Position numbers and translations under genes: made by a program. Positions 1-9,645 of a stretch of DNA of 32,113 nt are shown here, piece after piece. Position 1 is the stretch's first letter. Each line of letters opens with the position of its first letter. This DNA is from Burkholderiales bacterium. Lineage in GTDB: Bacteria; Pseudomonadota; Gammaproteobacteria; Burkholderiales; Burkholderiaceae_C. Location: contig JBBRID010000001.1 in NCBI GenBank assembly GCA_038221635.1, positions 1-32,113 on the forward strand. The letters are read 5' to 3'. Below the pieces are notes generated by a model. It did not search any database and was not told the origin of the DNA. It worked only from the letters and a program-made list of their open reading frames with translations.

Positions 1-1100
1 GACCGCGTCAACCCGCTCAACTCGTCACACGAGCCGAGTACCGGCTTGGTGCTGAGGTCACCCTTGGCAACCTGGCGCATGCCTTGCGCCAGCAGCAACA
101 GCGGCTCCGCCAGCTGGCGCGCCAACATCACCGCCAGCAGCAGCGCGCCGAAAACGGCCAGAATCAGCGTCAGCGTCAGCGTCCCGATGTACATCTTGCG
201 CAGGCCGTCACGCGCCAGCGCGCGCTGCTGATACTCGCGATAGGCCGATTGCACCGCCAGCGCATTGGCAGTCAGCAGGCTCGGCAATACCTGGCTGACG
301 TAAAGATAGCGCTCTTGCTGCGTGAAATCGAAACTGGTCGACTGGATGTAGGCCAGCGCGCGGATTCGCGCCGGTGCGGCCGGTGCGGCCTTGCCGCCTT
401 CGCCACTTGCTGCGCCGTTCAAGGCGTTGCCGTCATCGTCCAGCCCCTCCAGCTGACTGGCCACGCGCGCCAGTTTGGCCTGCCGCAGCAGCGCGGGGGA
501 CGGTCGCTCCGGCGCCAGCGAGTTGCCGGTGCTGCCGGCATTCAGCAGGATCTGACCGTTCGATCCGACAATCGAGACTTCCTGCAGCGACAACTGTTCG
601 CGCAGGCGCTCCAGCGCCAGCGACGGCGGGCCGGCGGTGTTCTCGCCGAGTCGCTCGGCGGCGAGCCGGGTTTTTTCAGCCAGATCGTTGACCTGCGCAT
701 CGATCGTGCCCCGTCCGAGGTTCAGGCCGGCATCCAGCGCGCCTTCGACCCTGACATCGAACCAGCTCTCGATGCTGCGCGACACAAACTGGTAGCTGAC
801 GGTGTAGACCAGCACCCCTGGCACCACGCCGACCAGCGCGAAGATGGCGGCCAGTTTCAGCAGCAACCGGCTGCCGAACTTGCCGCGCCACACCCGCACC
901 AGCAGTCGCACGGCGGCAATGCCGATCACCAGCACCAGCAGTGAGGCCACCACCACGTTGACCCAGAACAGCCAGACGTAGTGACGTTCGTAGGCGGCCC
1001 GGTTGTTGGTGGCCAGGGTCAGCATGAACGCCAGCACCAGAGCGGCGCCGGTCATCGCGACTAGAGAAACGATCCAGCCCCAGCGCGTGGCTTTGGTCAT
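1..1100 (-). CDS. NtrY-like (PlrS/EsaS-type) membrane sensor histidine kinase, N-terminal part; gene continues off the left edge
   Basis: Not in the ORF track because it has no stop in the window. Hand translation from ATG 1100 gives MTKATRWGWIVSLVAM...GKFGSRLLLKLAAIFALVGVVPGVLVYTVSYQFVSRSIESWFDVRVEGALDAGLNLGR...EYQQRALARDGLRKMYIGTLTL...PLLLLAQGMRQVAKGDLS (TM segments + HAMP). Lies directly after rsmB-DUF4390 as in other Betaproteobacteria. Confidence 0.88.
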   Translation of the reverse strand, partial: MTKATRWGWIVSLVAMTGAALVLAFMLTLATNNRAAYERHYVWLFWVNVVVASLLVLVIGIAAVRLLVRVWRGKFGSRLLLKLAAIFALVGVVPGVLVYTVSYQFVSRSIESWFDVRVEGALDAGLNLGRGTIDAQVNDLAEKTRLAAERLGENTAGPPSLALERLREQLSLQEVSIVGSNGQILLNAGSTGNSLAPERPSPALLRQAKLARVASQLEGLDDDGNALNGAASGEGGKAAPAAPARIRALAYIQSTSFDFTQQERYLYVSQVLPSLLTANALAVQSAYREYQQRALARDGLRKMYIGTLTLTLILAVFGALLLAVMLARQLAEPLLLLAQGMRQVAKGDLSTKPVLGSCDELSGLTR

Positions 1101-1115
1101 GGCGACATCACGTGA

Positions 1116-1715
1116 TCAGTCGACGCGAAGGTATTTCTCTACCCGCAGATTCCAGTCGGCCTGGCCACCGAGGCCAATCTGCAACGGGCGAGGCAACAGG
1201 CTGGTATCGAGGCGATAACTGAACTCCAGATAGTGGCCGCCGCCATCGTCGACCGCGCCGGCATCGGCAATGCGCCAACTGGAGACGCGGCGCACCGCAA
1301 CCAACGCGTCGGCCAGGCTGTCGTAACTCTGGTTCAGGCCGCCGAAGCTGACCCTGAATTTGCGGCTCAGCGGCTGAAAAGCCAGGCGCCAGGTGCGTTC
1401 GGCCAGGCTGATTCGTTTGTCGCGCCAGTACCAGCGCTCACGGACCAATTCAACCTGAGCAACGAAGTAAAGCGGCACGCCCTTGTACGCGGCTTCCTCG
1501 ACCGCCCGCGGCAACTCGAAATTCAGCGAGAAAGCGACCAGGACACCCTCATCGCCCCGCGTCACCTCGAAGCTTTGCACTTCGGGCGTGGTTTGGGCCG
1601 TCGCCGCTGCAGGCAGCCAGGCCGAAGCAAAGGCCAGCAGCAACAAGACCGACGCACACCATTCCCGCAATGCGCACACAGCAATCGGGCCGATTGTCGA
1701 GGGGGTCCATCGCAT
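1116..1715 (-). CDS. DUF4390 domain periplasmic protein (true start may be somewhat downstream)
   Basis: Signal-like segment LLLLAFASAWLPAAATA; motifs GVPLYFV, RERWYWRD, RLAFQPLSR, RLDTSLLPRPLQIG; position between rsmB and ntrY. Confidence 0.85.
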   Translation of the reverse strand: MRWTPSTIGPIAVCALREWCASVLLLLAFASAWLPAAATAQTTPEVQSFEVTRGDEGVLVAFSLNFELPRAVEEAAYKGVPLYFVAQVELVRERWYWRDKRISLAERTWRLAFQPLSRKFRVSFGGLNQSYDSLADALVAVRRVSSWRIADAGAVDDGGGHYLEFSYRLDTSLLPRPLQIGLGGQADWNLRVEKYLRVD

Positions 1716-1741
1716 CGGTGCTAAGGGTGGCGGGAAGGCGT

Positions 1742-3163
1742 TCAGCGTTTGGCCAGCAGGCTGTAGAAGAAGAAGTCGCTTTGCGGGGTGCAGGGCAAGC
1801 CCCGGTTCTGCGGATTGTCAGCCAGTGGCAGCAAGTGCCCCGGCGAAGGCGGCCGCAGAACCGGGTCGGCGTCGGGCTGGCGTTGTAAAAATGCGTCGAT
1901 TTGCGCCTCGCCCTCGGCCTTGAAGACCGAACAGGTGCAAAACAGCAGACGGCCACCCGTTTTCAATAACGGCCACAAGGCGTCGAGCAGCCCGGCCTGG
2001 GTCAGCGCCAGCGCGTCGATGTCGGTGGCGCGGCGCAACCAGCGGATATCGGGATGTCGGCGCACGATTCCGGAGGCGCTGCAGGGCGCGTCGAGCAGGA
2101 TCGCGTCGAACTTGCGGCCATCCCACCATTCGGCCGGTCGCGCCGCATCGGCCGCCAGCGTGCGTGCCTGCAGGCCGAGGCGCAACAGCGTGTCGTCGAC
2201 ACGACGCAGGCGCTGCACATCGCGGTCGAGGGCGAGAACATCGCAAGCGCCGGCGGCCGACATCTCGAGCAGATGGGCGGTCTTGCCGCCGGGTGCCGCG
2301 CAGGCATCGAGGATGAGGGCGCCGTTCGGCAGCCGAGGCAGGTCGGGGCTGTCGGCCAACAACAGCTGGGCCGCCAACTGGGCGGCCGCATCCTGCACCG
2401 ATACGTCGCCGGCATCGAATCCAGGCAGGCGGTTCACCGGTACCGGGCGTTGCAGAACCACGGCCGAGGCGGGTCCCACGTTGGTGGCTCCGACGGTTTC
2501 TTCAGTTTCGACCGCTGCGGGCAGGGCCAGCGCCTGCGCGGGCAAACCCGCCTGCGTCAGTCGCGTCAGATAGTCGTCGACGCTGCCGCGTTGCTGGTTT
2601 ATGCGCAACACCATCGGCGCACGCCGGTTGTCGGCCGCCAGGATGGCTCTCCAATGGCCCGGCCAATCGGCTCGCAGCCGATCGATCCACCATTGCGGAT
2701 GGTTGAACTGCGCCACCGCATCGCCGGCCAGGGATGCGAGAAGGACCTCGCGCTCGCGCACGAAGCGCCGCAACACCGCGTTGGCGAAGCCGGCACTGCC
2801 GGAATGGCGTTTGCGGATCGCCTGCACCGCCTGATCGACGACGGTATGGGGTGCATAGGACGGGGCGTCGGTCCCGTCCGAGGCGCCGGCATCGGTGGCC
2901 TCCGGCGGGGGCAACAGCAGCGCCAGCGCGGCCAGCAACAGGCTGTCGATTGGTGGCTTGGGCGTCTTCTTGACCAGTTGGGCACGTAGCGCAGTGGCTG
3001 TGCCGAGCTTGCGCAGCACCTCGAAGCTCAGGGCCTGCGTGCCGGGCCGGGCCGCGTCAGGGCAGCGTGCCAAGGCCTCGTTGAGCGATTGGCCGGCCCG
3101 CACGGCCTGCACCGCGTCGGCGGCATGGCCGAGCAGCGTGGCCAGCGGCAGCGAAGGATTCAC
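1742..3163 (-). CDS. rsmB: 16S rRNA (cytosine967-C5) methyltransferase RsmB/Sun
   Basis: NusB-like N-domain (VVDQAV, FANAVLRRF), SVQDAAAQ, LDACAAPGGKT, ILLDAPCSASGIVRRHPDIRW, TCSVF. Start moved to GTG 3163 because the ORF-track extension to 3325 overlaps folE. Confidence 0.95.
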   Translation of the reverse strand: MNPSLPLATLLGHAADAVQAVRAGQSLNEALARCPDAARPGTQALSFEVLRKLGTATALRAQLVKKTPKPPIDSLLLAALALLLPPPEATDAGASDGTDAPSYAPHTVVDQAVQAIRKRHSGSAGFANAVLRRFVREREVLLASLAGDAVAQFNHPQWWIDRLRADWPGHWRAILAADNRRAPMVLRINQQRGSVDDYLTRLTQAGLPAQALALPAAVETEETVGATNVGPASAVVLQRPVPVNRLPGFDAGDVSVQDAAAQLAAQLLLADSPDLPRLPNGALILDACAAPGGKTAHLLEMSAAGACDVLALDRDVQRLRRVDDTLLRLGLQARTLAADAARPAEWWDGRKFDAILLDAPCSASGIVRRHPDIRWLRRATDIDALALTQAGLLDALWPLLKTGGRLLFCTCSVFKAEGEAQIDAFLQRQPDADPVLRPPSPGHLLPLADNPQNRGLPCTPQSDFFFYSLLAKR

Positions 3164-3251
3164 CGGGCGAAGTCTACGGGCAGGTTGAGGGACATGCCGG
3201 AAAGGCGGCCACTGAGTTACCCTGTCGGCCACCTGACGACGCAGACGGTTC

Positions 3252-3980
3252 ATGTCCACACCCAGCGCTCCCAAGATCTTTCGCAGCGAAGAAGAGTTGT
3301 CGCAGCTCAGCGCTTCGCAACGCATCCGTTACCGGCTGCAGGCCGCCGACTGCCGCTACCACGCCAACGACAACATCTCCGGCTTCATCGCCGACGGCGA
3401 GATCGACGAACTGCGCAGCGAAGTGCAGGCCAAGATGCAGGAGGTGCTGGAGGCGCTGGTGATCGACACCGACAGCGACCACAACACCCACGACACGGCC
3501 AAACGCGTCGCCAAGATGTTCCTGACCGAGGTGTTCCGCGGCCGCTACGTGCCGATCCCCGAGGTCACCGAGTTTCCCAACGTCTCCCGCCTCAACGAAC
3601 TGATGATCGTCGGCCCGATCACGGTGCGCAGCGCCTGTTCGCACCACCTGTGCCCGGTGATGGGGCGAGTCTGGGTCGGCATCCTGCCGAACGAACACTC
3701 GAACCTGATCGGGCTGTCGAAATATTCACGCATCTGCGAATGGATCATGGGGCGGCCGCAAATCCAGGAAGAGGCGGTCACGATGCTGGCCGACGAATTG
3801 CAGGATCGCGTCAAACCCGATGGCCTGGCGCTCGTGATGGAGGCTGACCACTTCTGCATGCAGTGGCGCGGCGTCAAGGACAACGAGTCGAAGATGACGA
3901 ACAGCGTGATGCGCGGCGCCTTCCTGAAAGACGCCAACCTGCGCCGCGAGTTCCTGTCGCTTCTCAGCCAAAAGAATTGA
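3252..3980 (+). CDS. folE: GTP cyclohydrolase I (type IA, long N-terminus with HANDNIS motif)
   Basis: TAKRVAKM, SACSHHL (Zn ligands), IGLSKYSRI, RPQIQEE, HFCMQWRGV. Confidence 0.95.
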   Translation: MSTPSAPKIFRSEEELSQLSASQRIRYRLQAADCRYHANDNISGFIADGEIDELRSEVQAKMQEVLEALVIDTDSDHNTHDTAKRVAKMFLTEVFRGRYVPIPEVTEFPNVSRLNELMIVGPITVRSACSHHLCPVMGRVWVGILPNEHSNLIGLSKYSRICEWIMGRPQIQEEAVTMLADELQDRVKPDGLALVMEADHFCMQWRGVKDNESKMTNSVMRGAFLKDANLRREFLSLLSQKN

Positions 3981-4000
3981 GCCCAACGCAAGGAGTTGTA

Positions 4001-4426
4001 ATGCTTGTCCGCTTGATGTATGCAAGCCGTGCCGCCGACCCATTGGGGCACGACGAACTGGTTGCGATCCTGAAGAAATCGAAGACCAACAACCCGCGCC
4101 TCGGCGTGACCGGCGTGTTGTGCCTGTCGGGCGGCGTGTTCCTGCAGGTGCTGGAAGGCGGGCGCTCGCAGGTCAGCCAGCTGTACAACCGGATTGCGAC
4201 GGACCAGCGGCACCATGAGGTCTGCCTGCTCAGCTTCGAAGAGATCGGGGAACGCCGCTTCGAAGGCTGGGCCATGGGTCAGGTCAACCTGAATCGACTG
4301 AACCCGGCACAGTTGATCAAATATTCCGAAACCGCGGTACTCGATCCGTTTTCACTGCCGGGCTCGGCATCGATGGCCTTGTTCAACGAGCTCGTCGCGA
4401 GCGCGGCGGTGATCGGGCAGGGGTAG
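4001..4426 (+). CDS. Short stand-alone BLUF blue-light photoreceptor (141 aa)
   Basis: AGGAG at 3991-3995 before ATG 4001. LMYAS (Tyr), NN, VTGVL, FLQVLEG (Gln), DQRH, RRFEGWAM (Trp/Met) all present; short C-terminal cap, no effector domain. Confidence 0.93.
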   Translation: MLVRLMYASRAADPLGHDELVAILKKSKTNNPRLGVTGVLCLSGGVFLQVLEGGRSQVSQLYNRIATDQRHHEVCLLSFEEIGERRFEGWAMGQVNLNRLNPAQLIKYSETAVLDPFSLPGSASMALFNELVASAAVIGQG

Positions 4427-4444
4427 GGCGACCCTTGTGTCCTG

Positions 4445-5011
4445 TCAGAACGTCCCGGCCGCCTGGAAGCCGAACAGGCCGGCCAACAGCGTGGTCGGAA
4501 ACTGTGACAGCGCCGCGTTGTAGACCTCGACGGTGGCATTGAACTGCTGGCGCGCAAATGCCAGCGTCGAATCAACCGCCAGGATTTTGTCGCCGAGACC
4601 CGACAAGTTGCTCGCGCTTTCACTCAACGAGGGCTGGTTGACATGTGCTGGCAAAGCCGCAGCAAGCTTGCCGCGGGCCGTGACCAGCGCGCTGTCCGCC
4701 AAACCCAGGTTGCCCACCGCAGCTCCCGCGCTCGGCCGCTGGCGCGCCACTTCGGCCGTCTGCAGCAGGTGAGCCGCAGCGGCTGCGACGGCGTCGATCT
4801 GCGCTGAATCGTCGAACACATTGCGCAGCGCGGTGGTCCAGGCGTCGAGCAATTCATGGCGCTGCCGGACCTGTGCATCCACTGCGGCGAACGCCTCGTT
4901 GATCGATGTGCGCAGGCGCACCAGGCGGTTGTACGCACCGACGATCCAGAAGCCGACCACCGCTGCGGCGATCAACCCCAGGATCTGGCTGGTGGTCAGG
5001 AGTTCATTCAT
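4445..5011 (-). CDS. lemA: LemA family protein
   Basis: N-terminal TM then YNRLVRLR...AFAAVDAQVRQRHEL and ARQQFNATVEVYNAALSQFPTTLLAGLFGF. Start overlaps the upstream stop (ATGA). Confidence 0.88.
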   Translation of the reverse strand: MNELLTTSQILGLIAAAVVGFWIVGAYNRLVRLRTSINEAFAAVDAQVRQRHELLDAWTTALRNVFDDSAQIDAVAAAAAHLLQTAEVARQRPSAGAAVGNLGLADSALVTARGKLAAALPAHVNQPSLSESASNLSGLGDKILAVDSTLAFARQQFNATVEVYNAALSQFPTTLLAGLFGFQAAGTF

Positions 5012-7044
5012 CGGGTCGAGTCTGCACCAGCCGCGCGGCGGCGCGCCAGATCGACGAACCAGTCGACGGCCTGGGCATTGGCCATCGCATCACGTTTGAA
5101 CACCTGATCCGCCGGCGTTCCCATCAGCAGCTTCTTGACTGGCAGCTCCATTTTCTTGCCGCTGAGTGTGCGAGGAATTGATTCGACCTGGAAGATTTCG
5201 TTGGGCACATGGCGCGCCGACAAGGCGTTCTTGATGGCGTCTTTCAGCCGGCGCGTCAGCGTGGCATCGAGGCTCGTACCGTCTCGCAACACGACGAACA
5301 ACGGCATCCAGCTTTCGCGGCCGAGGTATTCCAGATCGACGACCAGGCTGTCGAGTACCTCCGGCAACACCTCGACGGCTCGGTACAACTCGGCCGTGCC
5401 CATTCGGATGCCGTGGCGGTTGATCGTTGCATCACTGCGACCGTAGATGATCGAACCACCACGCGGCGTGATGCGGATCCAGTCACCATGCCGCCAGATG
5501 CCGGGCCACATCTCGAAATAGCTGCTCAGATAACGAGCGTTATCGGGATCGTTCCAGAAGTACAGCGGCATCGACGGAATCGGCTTGACGCAGACCAGCT
5601 CACCGACCTCGTCGACCAGCGGCCGACCCTCGTCATTCCACGCCTCGACCGCTGCGCCGAGGCAGCGGCATTGCATTTCACCTTCGATCGACGGCAGCGT
5701 CGGCAGCCCGGCGACGAAGGCACCGGCGAAATCAGTGCCCCCAGCGATCGCCGTCAACCAGATGTCGCGCCCGTCGACCTTCGGCAGCTGCGCCCATATC
5801 CAGCGGTAACAATCGATCGCCAGCGGTGACCCGGTCGACCCGACGGCACGCAGCCTCGACAGATCGGTGTGCTTCGCGGGTTCGACCTCGGCCTTCAGAC
5901 AACTGGCGAAAAAAGCCGCGCCAGCGCCAAAGAAGGTGACACCGGCATCACCGACGAAGCGCCACAAGGTCGACCAATCGGCCGTGCCCTGCTTGCCGGC
6001 CGGGCTGCCGTCGAACAGGCAGATGGTGGTGCCGCCGAGCAGCCCGTTGATCTGGCAGTTCCACATGATCCAGCTGGTGGCGCAATACCAGTGAAAACGG
6101 TCGGCGGTGTCGACACTGGCGCCGAGATCGTTGTGCAGTACGCCCATCTTCAGCGCCTCGACGATCACGCCCCCGTGGCCGTGCACGATGGCCTTCGGCA
6201 GGCCGGTGGTTCCGCTCGAATAAACCACCCACAAGGGATGGTCGAACGGCACCCAGATGGGTTCAAGCGTGGCCTGGTCGGCCGTCAGCGTCGCAAAATC
6301 ATGCAGTTCGCGCCCTTCGCCAACCAGTTGGTCGTCGGCCTCCGGCAGGCCGAGATAGCGCCACACAACGAGGTGTCGCAGGCTCGGCAATTCGTCAGCC
6401 AGTTGGCGCAACAGCGGTCGGCGGTCGTGTGTGACGCCGCCATAGACGTAGCCGTCGCAAGCGACCAGCAATTTGGGCTCGATTTGCCGGAAGCGGTCGA
6501 GCACCGCAACCGGCCCCATGTCTGGCGAGCAAACCGACCACACCGCACCCACGCTGGCCACCGCGAGGAAGGCGACAGCAGTTTGCGGTGTATTGGGCAT
6601 GAATGCGCAGACCCGGTCGCCCGGCACGATGCCGAGCCGGCGCAGGTGCGCGGCCAGCGAAGCCACCTGACACCGCAGTTCGGGCCAGCTGATTTCCAGC
6701 AGCTCGCCGCGCTGCTGCATGGTCTCGTTCTGGAAAACGATCGCCGGATGACCGGCGGCATCAGCCGCGTCGGCGTGGCGGAATACCTGTTGCGCATAGT
6801 TGACCTGCGCACCGCTGAACCAGCGAGCGCCGGGCATTGCAGCATCGGCGAGCACGGCGCTGTAGGGCGTTGGCGACTCAACCTCGAAGTAGTCCCAGAT
6901 CGAGCCCCAGAAGGCTTCAAGATCGTCGACCGACCAGCGCCAGAAAGCGTCATAGCCTTCGGAACTGGTCGCATCGAAGCACAGGCCGCGCTCGCGCTCG
7001 AGCCACGCAGCGTAGTGGAGGATCTGGGGCGTCGGCAGAGACAT
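5008..7044 (-). CDS. Acetoacetate--CoA ligase (acetoacetyl-CoA synthetase)
   Basis: YSSGTTGLPKAIVHGHGG, SCSPDMG, STGSPL, GGTD, WRHGDW, GRSDATINRHGIRMGTAE, PRTLSGKKMELPVK. Start set at ATG 7044 (MSLPTPQ). Confidence 0.92.
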   Translation of the reverse strand: MSLPTPQILHYAAWLERERGLCFDATSSEGYDAFWRWSVDDLEAFWGSIWDYFEVESPTPYSAVLADAAMPGARWFSGAQVNYAQQVFRHADAADAAGHPAIVFQNETMQQRGELLEISWPELRCQVASLAAHLRRLGIVPGDRVCAFMPNTPQTAVAFLAVASVGAVWSVCSPDMGPVAVLDRFRQIEPKLLVACDGYVYGGVTHDRRPLLRQLADELPSLRHLVVWRYLGLPEADDQLVGEGRELHDFATLTADQATLEPIWVPFDHPLWVVYSSGTTGLPKAIVHGHGGVIVEALKMGVLHNDLGASVDTADRFHWYCATSWIMWNCQINGLLGGTTICLFDGSPAGKQGTADWSTLWRFVGDAGVTFFGAGAAFFASCLKAEVEPAKHTDLSRLRAVGSTGSPLAIDCYRWIWAQLPKVDGRDIWLTAIAGGTDFAGAFVAGLPTLPSIEGEMQCRCLGAAVEAWNDEGRPLVDEVGELVCVKPIPSMPLYFWNDPDNARYLSSYFEMWPGIWRHGDWIRITPRGGSIIYGRSDATINRHGIRMGTAELYRAVEVLPEVLDSLVVDLEYLGRESWMPLFVVLRDGTSLDATLTRRLKDAIKNALSARHVPNEIFQVESIPRTLSGKKMELPVKKLLMGTPADQVFKRDAMANAQAVDWFVDLARRRAAGADSTR

Positions 7045-7154
7045 CGGGCGGGAATTGTCAGGGCTTCTCAACGGCTACTTTACGGCGTCCGCCAGGAATG
7101 CCGCTACACGTTATCGCGCCTCTTGGCCATCATAGCCTCGACGCGCGCATTCCC

Positions 7155-7667
7155 TCAGGCGCGACCGCGGATCGGGTAATCCTTGCTGATCACGAACTTC
7201 ATGCCGTCCAGCAGCGACTTCAGATCGGGCCTGGCGAACGGCGCGTTCGAAATGTCGACGATCTGAACCTCGTTCTTTGGATTGATGCCGAAAACGGCCG
7301 GCTCCGCGAAAGGTCGATCGGTTTCGTCGGCCGATCGAGGGTCGGAGATATACAGGCCGAGCTGGCGCATCTGGTCGGGCGTCATGCCGTAGGCAACCGG
7401 AAACTTCCAGTGGTTCTCTTCGACCTGGGCGGCCGCCTTTTCTTGCGGATCCGCGGAGACGACCATCACCTTGATTCCTGCCGATTCAAAGTCGCCGAGC
7501 ATGTCGTTCAGCGTCGTCAGGTACTTCTTGCACAACGGGCAATGTTTGCCGCGGTAGACGATCAGCAAGCGCCAGCCTTCGGTTTCCAGTGGATTGACCC
7601 GGTTGCCGGCAACGGCGTCCCAACTCATGTCCGGAAATTTCGAGCCCGCAGGCATTTTTTCGTTCAT
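7155..7667 (-). CDS. AhpC/TSA peroxiredoxin-like protein (CxxC)
   Basis: YRGKHCPLCKKYL, VSADPQE, FAEPAVF, PFARPDL; AAGGA upstream of the start. Confidence 0.85.
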   Translation of the reverse strand: MNEKMPAGSKFPDMSWDAVAGNRVNPLETEGWRLLIVYRGKHCPLCKKYLTTLNDMLGDFESAGIKVMVVSADPQEKAAAQVEENHWKFPVAYGMTPDQMRQLGLYISDPRSADETDRPFAEPAVFGINPKNEVQIVDISNAPFARPDLKSLLDGMKFVISKDYPIRGRA

Positions 7668-7806
7668 GTCGAATCCTTCACGATTGAGGCCTCAGGTGTA
7701 CCCCAAAGCCAAGTTTCAAAGTGACCGGCCATCTTGAACCGAGCGGCCTGGAACGCGCAGAAAACATTGACAGCGCTGCCAGTAGGCAATGCTATCGATC
7801 GGCCGC

Positions 7807-9645
7807 TCACCGCACCGCCTGCGCTGATCGATTTTCCACATCGACGTATTGCCAGAACTGGGTGCCGAACAACGGTCGGCGGTAGCCGATCACCCACGGG
7901 TGGGCGAGGTCGGTGACGATACGGTGCACGTTGTACTTTTGCGGCATGTAGGCCACGACGATGCGCTGCGCTTCACGCAGCAGCGCCAGCCGTTGGGGTC
8001 CGTCGGGCAGGGCCTGCATCGCCTCGAAAATCGCGTCGAAGCGCGGGTGCCTGAAGCGGCCCAGATTCTGCCCACCCGATGCCGGCCCATACAGCAGTTC
8101 GAGCCCGGGTTGTACATCAGGCGAGGTCGCGCTGTAGCCGAGTTGCCAGATCATCAGCTGCCCCGCGCGCGCCGCCTTCAACTGCTCGGGCCACTGCGCT
8201 GCGCGAATTTCCAACCGCACACCCAGCGCATCCATGTTGCTTTTCCAGACCTGATCGAAAGCGCGCGAGATCGCATCGGGCTGGCTCGCATACTGAATCA
8301 CGAGCGGACCGCCATCCGGCAGTTCGCGCCAGCCGTCGCCGTCACGATCGCGGTAGCCGAACATCTCGAGCAGCGCCTTGGCGCGCGGCAGGTCGAAATC
8401 GCTGTTCTCCGTCTTGTAGTCGGGATCGTATCCCCAGTTGCCGGGAGCGACGATCGATTGCGCCGGGATCGCCTGGCCGCGGCGCACGATTTCAATCTCG
8501 CGGCCGACGTCGGACGCCAGACTGATCGCGCGGCGCAGCGCCACCTTCGCCGCCGAATGGCCACCCACCAGCGGATCCTCCATGTTGAAGTAATAGAGCG
8601 TGCGGTCAGGGTTCAGTACGCGCGACATCTGGATCCCGCGCCTTTGCAGGTTTGGAGCCAGCCGGCCATTCGGTGCGGCGCTGTTGGCAAACTCCAGCGG
8701 GACGCTGGACGACAAGTCGAATTCTTCGTTGAGGAACGACAGCCAGCGCGGCTGGTTTTCGTCGATGATGGCAACCTCGACCCGATCGAGCATCGGCAAG
8801 CGGCGGCCCTTGAAGCGTGCCAGCATCGCATGGCCTTCGGCATCGTCTGCATTCGGTTGTGCGTCGTAGAACAGTTCACGAAAGTTCGGGTTGCGCTCCA
8901 GCACGATGCGCGAGCTGCGCCGCCATTCGGTCAGGCGAAACGGACCGCTGCCCACAGGGTGCGCCATGGTGCGATCGCCATAGGCTTCGACCACTTCGCG
9001 CGCCACAGCCGCGAACACATTGCCTTCGGCCAGCGCGAACAACAGCCGTGGCCGCGGTTTGGCGAGCTTGAACTGCAGGGTGTAGCGGTCGATTGCACGC
9101 AGGCCTGCGATCGGCCGGTCGTAGTCGAAGCCCTTCTTGCTGCTCAGCGCCTGCTCGCGCAGTGCGTCGATGCCAAGCACACCGAGCTCCTTGAACGCAG
9201 CGTGCGCGGGGCTTTTGTTGATCGGATCGAAGAAGCGCTTGAAGCTGTATACGAAATCTTCGGCAACCAGTTCGCGCGCCTTGCCCTTGAACGCCGGATC
9301 GTCGGCAAACACAATGCCTGGTTTGATCCGCACGGTCCAGGTCTTGAAGTCGTCGCCGACCTCGGGCAGCGCCGCGGCAACATTCGGAACCACCTTGTAG
9401 GGCCGCGCCAGGTAGTCGTATTTGTACAGGCCATCGAAGATGTGCGCGACCACGGTGCGCGAATACAGATCGCTGATCTGCGCCGGATCGAAGCCGGTTT
9501 CGGCGGCCGGAAAGGCGTATCGCAAGACCTTGGGCTGCGCGTTCGCCGTCACTTGGGCATCCGGTTTCGCAATTGCAATCGGCGCTGTCGCGGCCAACGA
9601 GAGGCCGAGCAGCAACGACCAGGCGGCGAGCCGCCGGGCTTGCAT
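7807..9645 (-). CDS. Peptide/nickel ABC transporter substrate-binding protein (family 5), copy 2
   Basis: Signal peptide MQARRLAAWSLLLGLSLAA; LRYAFPAAETGFDPAQ, HPVGSGPFRL, ALRRAISLA. ATG 9645 overlaps the upstream stop (TGATG). Confidence 0.92.
   Translation of the reverse strand: MQARRLAAWSLLLGLSLAATAPIAIAKPDAQVTANAQPKVLRYAFPAAETGFDPAQISDLYSRTVVAHIFDGLYKYDYLARPYKVVPNVAAALPEVGDDFKTWTVRIKPGIVFADDPAFKGKARELVAEDFVYSFKRFFDPINKSPAHAAFKELGVLGIDALREQALSSKKGFDYDRPIAGLRAIDRYTLQFKLAKPRPRLLFALAEGNVFAAVAREVVEAYGDRTMAHPVGSGPFRLTEWRRSSRIVLERNPNFRELFYDAQPNADDAEGHAMLARFKGRRLPMLDRVEVAIIDENQPRWLSFLNEEFDLSSSVPLEFANSAAPNGRLAPNLQRRGIQMSRVLNPDRTLYYFNMEDPLVGGHSAAKVALRRAISLASDVGREIEIVRRGQAIPAQSIVAPGNWGYDPDYKTENSDFDLPRAKALLEMFGYRDRDGDGWRELPDGGPLVIQYASQPDAISRAFDQVWKSNMDALGVRLEIRAAQWPEQLKAARAGQLMIWQLGYSATSPDVQPGLELLYGPASGGQNLGRFRHPRFDAIFEAMQALPDGPQRLALLREAQRIVVAYMPQKYNVHRIVTDLAHPWVIGYRRPLFGTQFWQYVDVENRSAQAVR

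Noticed and set aside
84-944. 286-aa plus-strand ORF
   Set aside because: Antisense shadow of the NtrY-like kinase; no recognisable motifs.
3164-3325. ORF-track N-terminal extension of RsmB (likewise extensions at 3863, 10089, 20291, 22511, 25193, 26157)
   Set aside because: They overlap neighbouring genes or promoter regions; better starts with RBS or stop/start coupling lie downstream.
7690-7725. RpoH-like promoter (TTGAAA-N13-TACACC) upstream of the peroxiredoxin gene
   Set aside because: The -10 element matches neither CCCCAT nor sigma70 spacing well enough to call.
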